DNA of 64,000 nucleotides from a virus (Duplodnaviria; Heunggongvirae; Uroviricota; Caudoviricetes): IMG/VR virus record IMGVR_UViG_2877948078_000003; one strand, 5' to 3'. Shown piece by piece: positions 60,485 to 64,000 of this stretch (position 1 is its first letter; each line of letters starts with the position of its first letter). The notes under the pieces were generated by a model. It saw only the letters and a program-made list of their open reading frames with translations, ran no database searches and was not told where the DNA came from. The position numbers and the translations under genes were made by a program.

Positions 60485-61344
60485 TGTTTCATGTTGATAA
60501 TAATTCCGGCGTGGCGAATATGCCTGCGCTGGCACCGGCGCAGAGTAATACCACCGCCTGGTTTACCGAAGGTGACGGACAAAAAGGTATCAGCTGGATT
60601 GGTCAGGACTGGCTGAATATTCTCCAGGCCGAACTGCTGAATATTCTGGCTGAAGCCAGTATTCAGCCGGATAAGGCGCAGTTAAACCAGCTTACGCTGT
60701 CTATTAAAGCCATTATCGCTGCGAATGCTTTTTCCCGGAAAAATAACCTGAAAGAAATTGCTGATGCCGGTGCGGATGCTCAGCGTCTGGCCCGTGGTTA
60801 TCTTGGTCTGGGGACGCTTGCCACAAAAAACAGTCTTGGTCCCGGTGACGTTAATGCCCTGGCGAAGGTTCAGAATCTCGCCGACCTGGAGAATAAGGGA
60901 ACCGCCCGTAATAATCTGGATGTTTACAGCAAGAGCGAAGGTGATAACCGTTACCTGCGCAGGGAGCAGCACGGCGCAGACATTCCGAATAAAGGGGCTT
61001 TTATCGATAACCTCGGTTTACGGGATACGGTAAACAGGGCTGCGAATGCCCTGCCATCAAACGGTACGGCTGTTGCAGCAAGCAGGCTGGCAAATACCCG
61101 CAGAATCAATGGTGTCGCCTTTGACGGGACGCAGGATATAAACATCACATCCGGCATAACTCAGAGGGATGCTGATGCCCGATATGTTCAGAACGTAATG
61201 CTGGGTGCAAGTGCGCGGACAGAGACAACAGCACCAGCTGGATGTGTTGTAACATTTGTGGATGGTGGCAGTAAAATGGAGTTTATAATGTATAAGCCTG
61301 TTCAAATATATATCGGGGGAGCATGGAGAACAATCTCTGGCTGA
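60484..61344 (+). CDS. Tail fibre protein; C-terminal tip lies inside the invertible segment
   Basis: ATG overlaps the upstream stop (TAATG); C-terminus paralogous to the minus-strand alternative tip. Confidence 0.75.
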
Positions 61345-61430
61345 TTTTTATTTATTCTGCGAAGCATCAGTAATACCCGCAGACAAAAAAATATATCATC
61401 GGCGGGGTTTATATAAAATACAGGTGAAAA

Positions 61431-61952
61431 ATGGAACTAATCAACGTTAAGCGATATAACCCGGAACACAAACCCTATGGTGAGAATGTTCAGTATTTCC
61501 AGAGTGAGGACGGAAGGGATTTTTATGAATCTATCCCGCTTTTCACAAAGAAATACAAACTCTGTATTTCGCCTGTAACGGGTATTATCTGCTCTGTTGC
61601 TGAAGATGTCTCTGCTTTATATCCGGCAGGTTTTACTGTTGTTGAAGTGGACGAACTGCCGGAAGGTGTGAATATTGACGGTAACTGGCAGTTTTCTGAT
61701 GGCCTGATATCAAAGGTGCCGGTAAACTGGAAGACGGTTGCTGAAAATCGCCGCTCATCGCTGCTCCAGGAGGCCAACGGAACCGTGGATGACTGGAAAA
61801 CAGAATTAAAACTGGACATGATTAGCGATGAAAATAAATTAAAGCTGACGCGCTGGATGGCGTATATCCGACAGCTTAAAGAAATGCACTTTAATGATAT
61901 TGCCAGTGAGGGGCATTACCAGGCGATTCCCTGGCCGGAAAAACCGGAATAA
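61431..61952 (+). CDS. Tail fibre assembly chaperone
   Basis: 173 aa immediately after the fibre gene, inside the invertible segment. Confidence 0.7.
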   Translation: MELINVKRYNPEHKPYGENVQYFQSEDGRDFYESIPLFTKKYKLCISPVTGIICSVAEDVSALYPAGFTVVEVDELPEGVNIDGNWQFSDGLISKVPVNWKTVAENRRSSLLQEANGTVDDWKTELKLDMISDENKLKLTRWMAYIRQLKEMHFNDIASEGHYQAIPWPEKPE

Positions 61953-61986
61953 TTCAGAGGGTGCATTCAGCACCCTTTTCTGTGGT

Positions 61987-62300
61987 TTACACTGAACTCA
62001 CCGTTCTCCAGGCATTATTAATATAAATCTGAACCGGGCGATAATAGACCCCACCGATATTATCCGCAGACCGGGAGCCGGTATCCTGTACATGAATACC
62101 GGAAAGCATACAACCTGCTGGTGTTTTATAATCCCAGGTGACTTCATTACCCGCAGGAGAGTGGCGGCTCTGAGCACCAAGTTGCACATTACGAACATAT
62201 CTGCCGTCTGCTGTAGCCTGGGTCATACCGGATGTAATAGTGATGTCTTTTGTGCCATCGAACGCAACACCATTAATTTTACGTGCCGCAGACAGCTTGT
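61987..62300 (-). CDS. Alternative tail-fibre C-terminal tip (promoterless, used after inversion)
   Basis: Minus-strand frame open from the right inverted repeat; product paralogous to the plus-strand fibre tip (ADGRYVRNV..PVQIYI..AWRT). Confidence 0.55.
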
Positions 62301-62435
62301 TTGCCGCTACGGCTGTACCATTCGATGGCAGGGCATTTGCAGCCCTGTTTACCGTTTCCCGTAAACCGAGGTTTCAGGGATGCCGTATATCTGCTTTAAA
62401 AGGCCTTTCCACCTCTTTTTAAGGAAGGTAAATAC

Positions 62436-62996
62436 ATGCTGATTGGCTATATACGCGTATCAACAAATGACCAGAACACAGGTTTACAAAGAAATGCGCT
62501 GGAATGTGCAGGATGTGAGCAGATTTTTGAAGATAAAATGAGCGGAAACACAACGCAGCGACCGGGACTGAAGCGGGCACTGAAGAAACTAAAACCCGGT
62601 GACACACTGATGGTCTGGAAACTGGACAGGCTGGGGCGCAGTATGCGCCACCTTGTTGCGCTGACAGATGAATTACAGCAACAGGGGATAAATTTTCGTA
62701 GTCTTACTGACAACATTGATACGTCAACCCCCATGGGGCGCTTCTTTTTTCACATAATGGGTGCGCTGGCAGAAATGGAGCGTGAATTAATTGTCGAACG
62801 GACACGGGCTGGTCTTGCAGCTGCCCGTGAAAGGGGACGAACCGGCGGCAGACCCCGCCGTCTCACGCAGGAACAATACGAGCAGGTTGGGCGTTTACTG
62901 GCCGGGGGTGTCAGTCGAAGACAGGTGGCACTTATTTTTGATATCGGCCTTTCAACCCTTTATCGTTATTATCCTGCGAGCGTTTCGGAAAAATAA
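62436..62996 (+). CDS. gin: Serine DNA invertase (Gin/Pin/Hin family)
   Basis: MLIGYIRVSTNDQNTGLQRNAL and C-terminal HTH are hallmark resolvase/invertase features; AAGGAAGG SD. Confidence 0.9.
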   Translation: MLIGYIRVSTNDQNTGLQRNALECAGCEQIFEDKMSGNTTQRPGLKRALKKLKPGDTLMVWKLDRLGRSMRHLVALTDELQQQGINFRSLTDNIDTSTPMGRFFFHIMGALAEMERELIVERTRAGLAAARERGRTGGRPRRLTQEQYEQVGRLLAGGVSRRQVALIFDIGLSTLYRYYPASVSEK

Positions 62997-63085
62997 GACG
63001 CTCCCTTTGTTGGGCCTTTACTGAATTAACGCAAAATGGCGTTTATCGGTCTGTGGATATGATAATTCTGTTTATTCAGGAACAG

Positions 63086-64000
63086 GCTGATTATTATGAC
63101 GTCCAAATGGGTTCAACTATCATCAATGCCCGGAAACTTTACCGTTAAAGTTTCCGGTGGTACAGCGGCATTTCTTGAGGCTCCCTTTCCTCCGGCTGAA
63201 GCGAAAGGAGGAATGACATTTGCTGACTGTCTCATCAGTTTTAATACACGGGATTGCCTGTGGGTAAGACCAGTATCCGGTGATCCGAGTGTGGAAATTA
63301 CCGGAGCGGGTATTGGTGCGGTCATTCCGTTAAGTGCTGATGTTGCCGGTACTGCTGAACCGTCAGACTGGGATAATGCTGAAACACATACCCGTCCGTC
63401 AGGAAATGAAACGGCTTCCAGCTCCCCTTCCTGGTATTACGTGGTGGTTCTTGCTGGTCAGTCAAACGGTATGGCTTACGGTGAAGGTCTGCCACTGCCG
63501 GAGACATATGACCGCCCCGAACCGCGTATTATGCAGTTAGCCCGTCGCAGTACAGTCACGCCGGGAGGTAAAGCCTGTCAGTATAACGACATCATTCTGG
63601 CCGACCACTGTCTGCATGATGTGCAGGATATGAGTGGAAAAAATCACCCGAAAGCGGATGTGGCTAAAGGGCAATATGGCACCGTGAGTCAGGGGCTTCA
63701 CATTGCCAAAAAACTGCTGCCGTTTATTCCGGCAGATGCGGGGATTCTGCTGGTTCCCTGCTGTCGTGGCGGTTCTGCATTCACGGCGGGTGCTGACGGC
63801 ACGTACAGTGACAGCACGGGTGCTTCAGAGGACTCAGCCCGCTGGGGTGTGGATAAGCCGCTGTATAAGGACTTAATCAGCCGGACAAAAGCGGCACTGG
63901 CGAAGAACCCGAAAAACCGCCTGCTTGCTGTGGTGTGGATGCAGGGCGAGTTTGATATTGATGCGAAGCCGACGGAGCATTCTGCGCTGTTTCTGGCGAT
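63086..64000 (+). CDS. SASA/SGNH-type esterase-like protein (partial; runs off the window end)
   Basis: Open frame of ~305 codons from ATG 63086 with no stop; GQSN and WMQGE motifs as in sialate O-acetylesterase-type domains; not in the ORF track because it is incomplete. Confidence 0.6.

Larger units (their letters stand above)
61009..62346. other. Invertible tail-fibre tip segment bounded by inverted repeats (~61009-61055 and ~62300-62346)
   Basis: Near-identical ~47-bp inverted copies CCTCGGTTTACGGGA.ACGGTAAACAGGGCTGC.AATGCCCTGCCATC, with decaying homology inward; adjacent Gin-like invertase. Confidence 0.6.
28517..64000 (+). mobile_element. Mu-like transposable prophage (left end ~28517; right end beyond the window)
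   Basis: Left-proximal c/ner/A/B module, Mu-like Gam, GemA, Mor/C, lysis, terminase, portal, head, contractile tail, baseplate, tail fibre with invertible tip and gin; terminus candidate 5'-TGAATCA; three TTTGATAC motifs at 28524, 28619 and 28671. Confidence 0.8.

Noticed and set aside
60951-62422. Mirror-image ORFs 60951-61157 (-) and 62240-62422 (+)
   Set aside because: Both arise from the two inverted-repeat copies flanking the invertible segment and encode near-identical antisense translations; not genes.

Overview
The window holds two tailed-phage genomes joined head to tail, read from sequence alone with no database searches. (1) Positions ~1-28500: the late region of a lambda-like prophage on the minus strand: pinholin S, SAR endolysin R, Rz/Rz1, an AT-rich two-gene accessory module, cos, then Nu1-A-W-B-C-D-E-FI-FII-Z-U-V-G/T-H-M-L-K-I-J-lom and a collagen-repeat side tail fibre, with a Rha-like gene at the far left. 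No Q or late promoter is present upstream of S. (2) Positions ~28517 to the window end: a Mu-like transposable prophage on the plus strand (c, ner, transposase A, ATPase B, an accessory block with Gam, GemA, Mor/C, lysis, terminase, portal, head, contractile tail, baseplate, tail fibre with an invertible tip, Gin-like invertase, and a partial SASA-type esterase gene). It appears to be inserted into the lambdoid late region. The best candidate for an undescribed system is the AT-rich convergent gene pair between Rz and cos (24441-26070), in the position lambda uses for bor; one protein has a PD-(D/E)xK-like motif. Other points of interest are three tandem ~220-bp repeats with plus-strand terminator hairpins between tail genes I and J, the Mu-like accessory block, the invertible fibre tip with a single chaperone gene, and the esterase gene in the mom position. 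Product calls rest on remembered similarity to lambda, phage 21 and Mu proteins plus gene order; start codons were adjusted by eye because the ORF track includes GTG/TTG starts.
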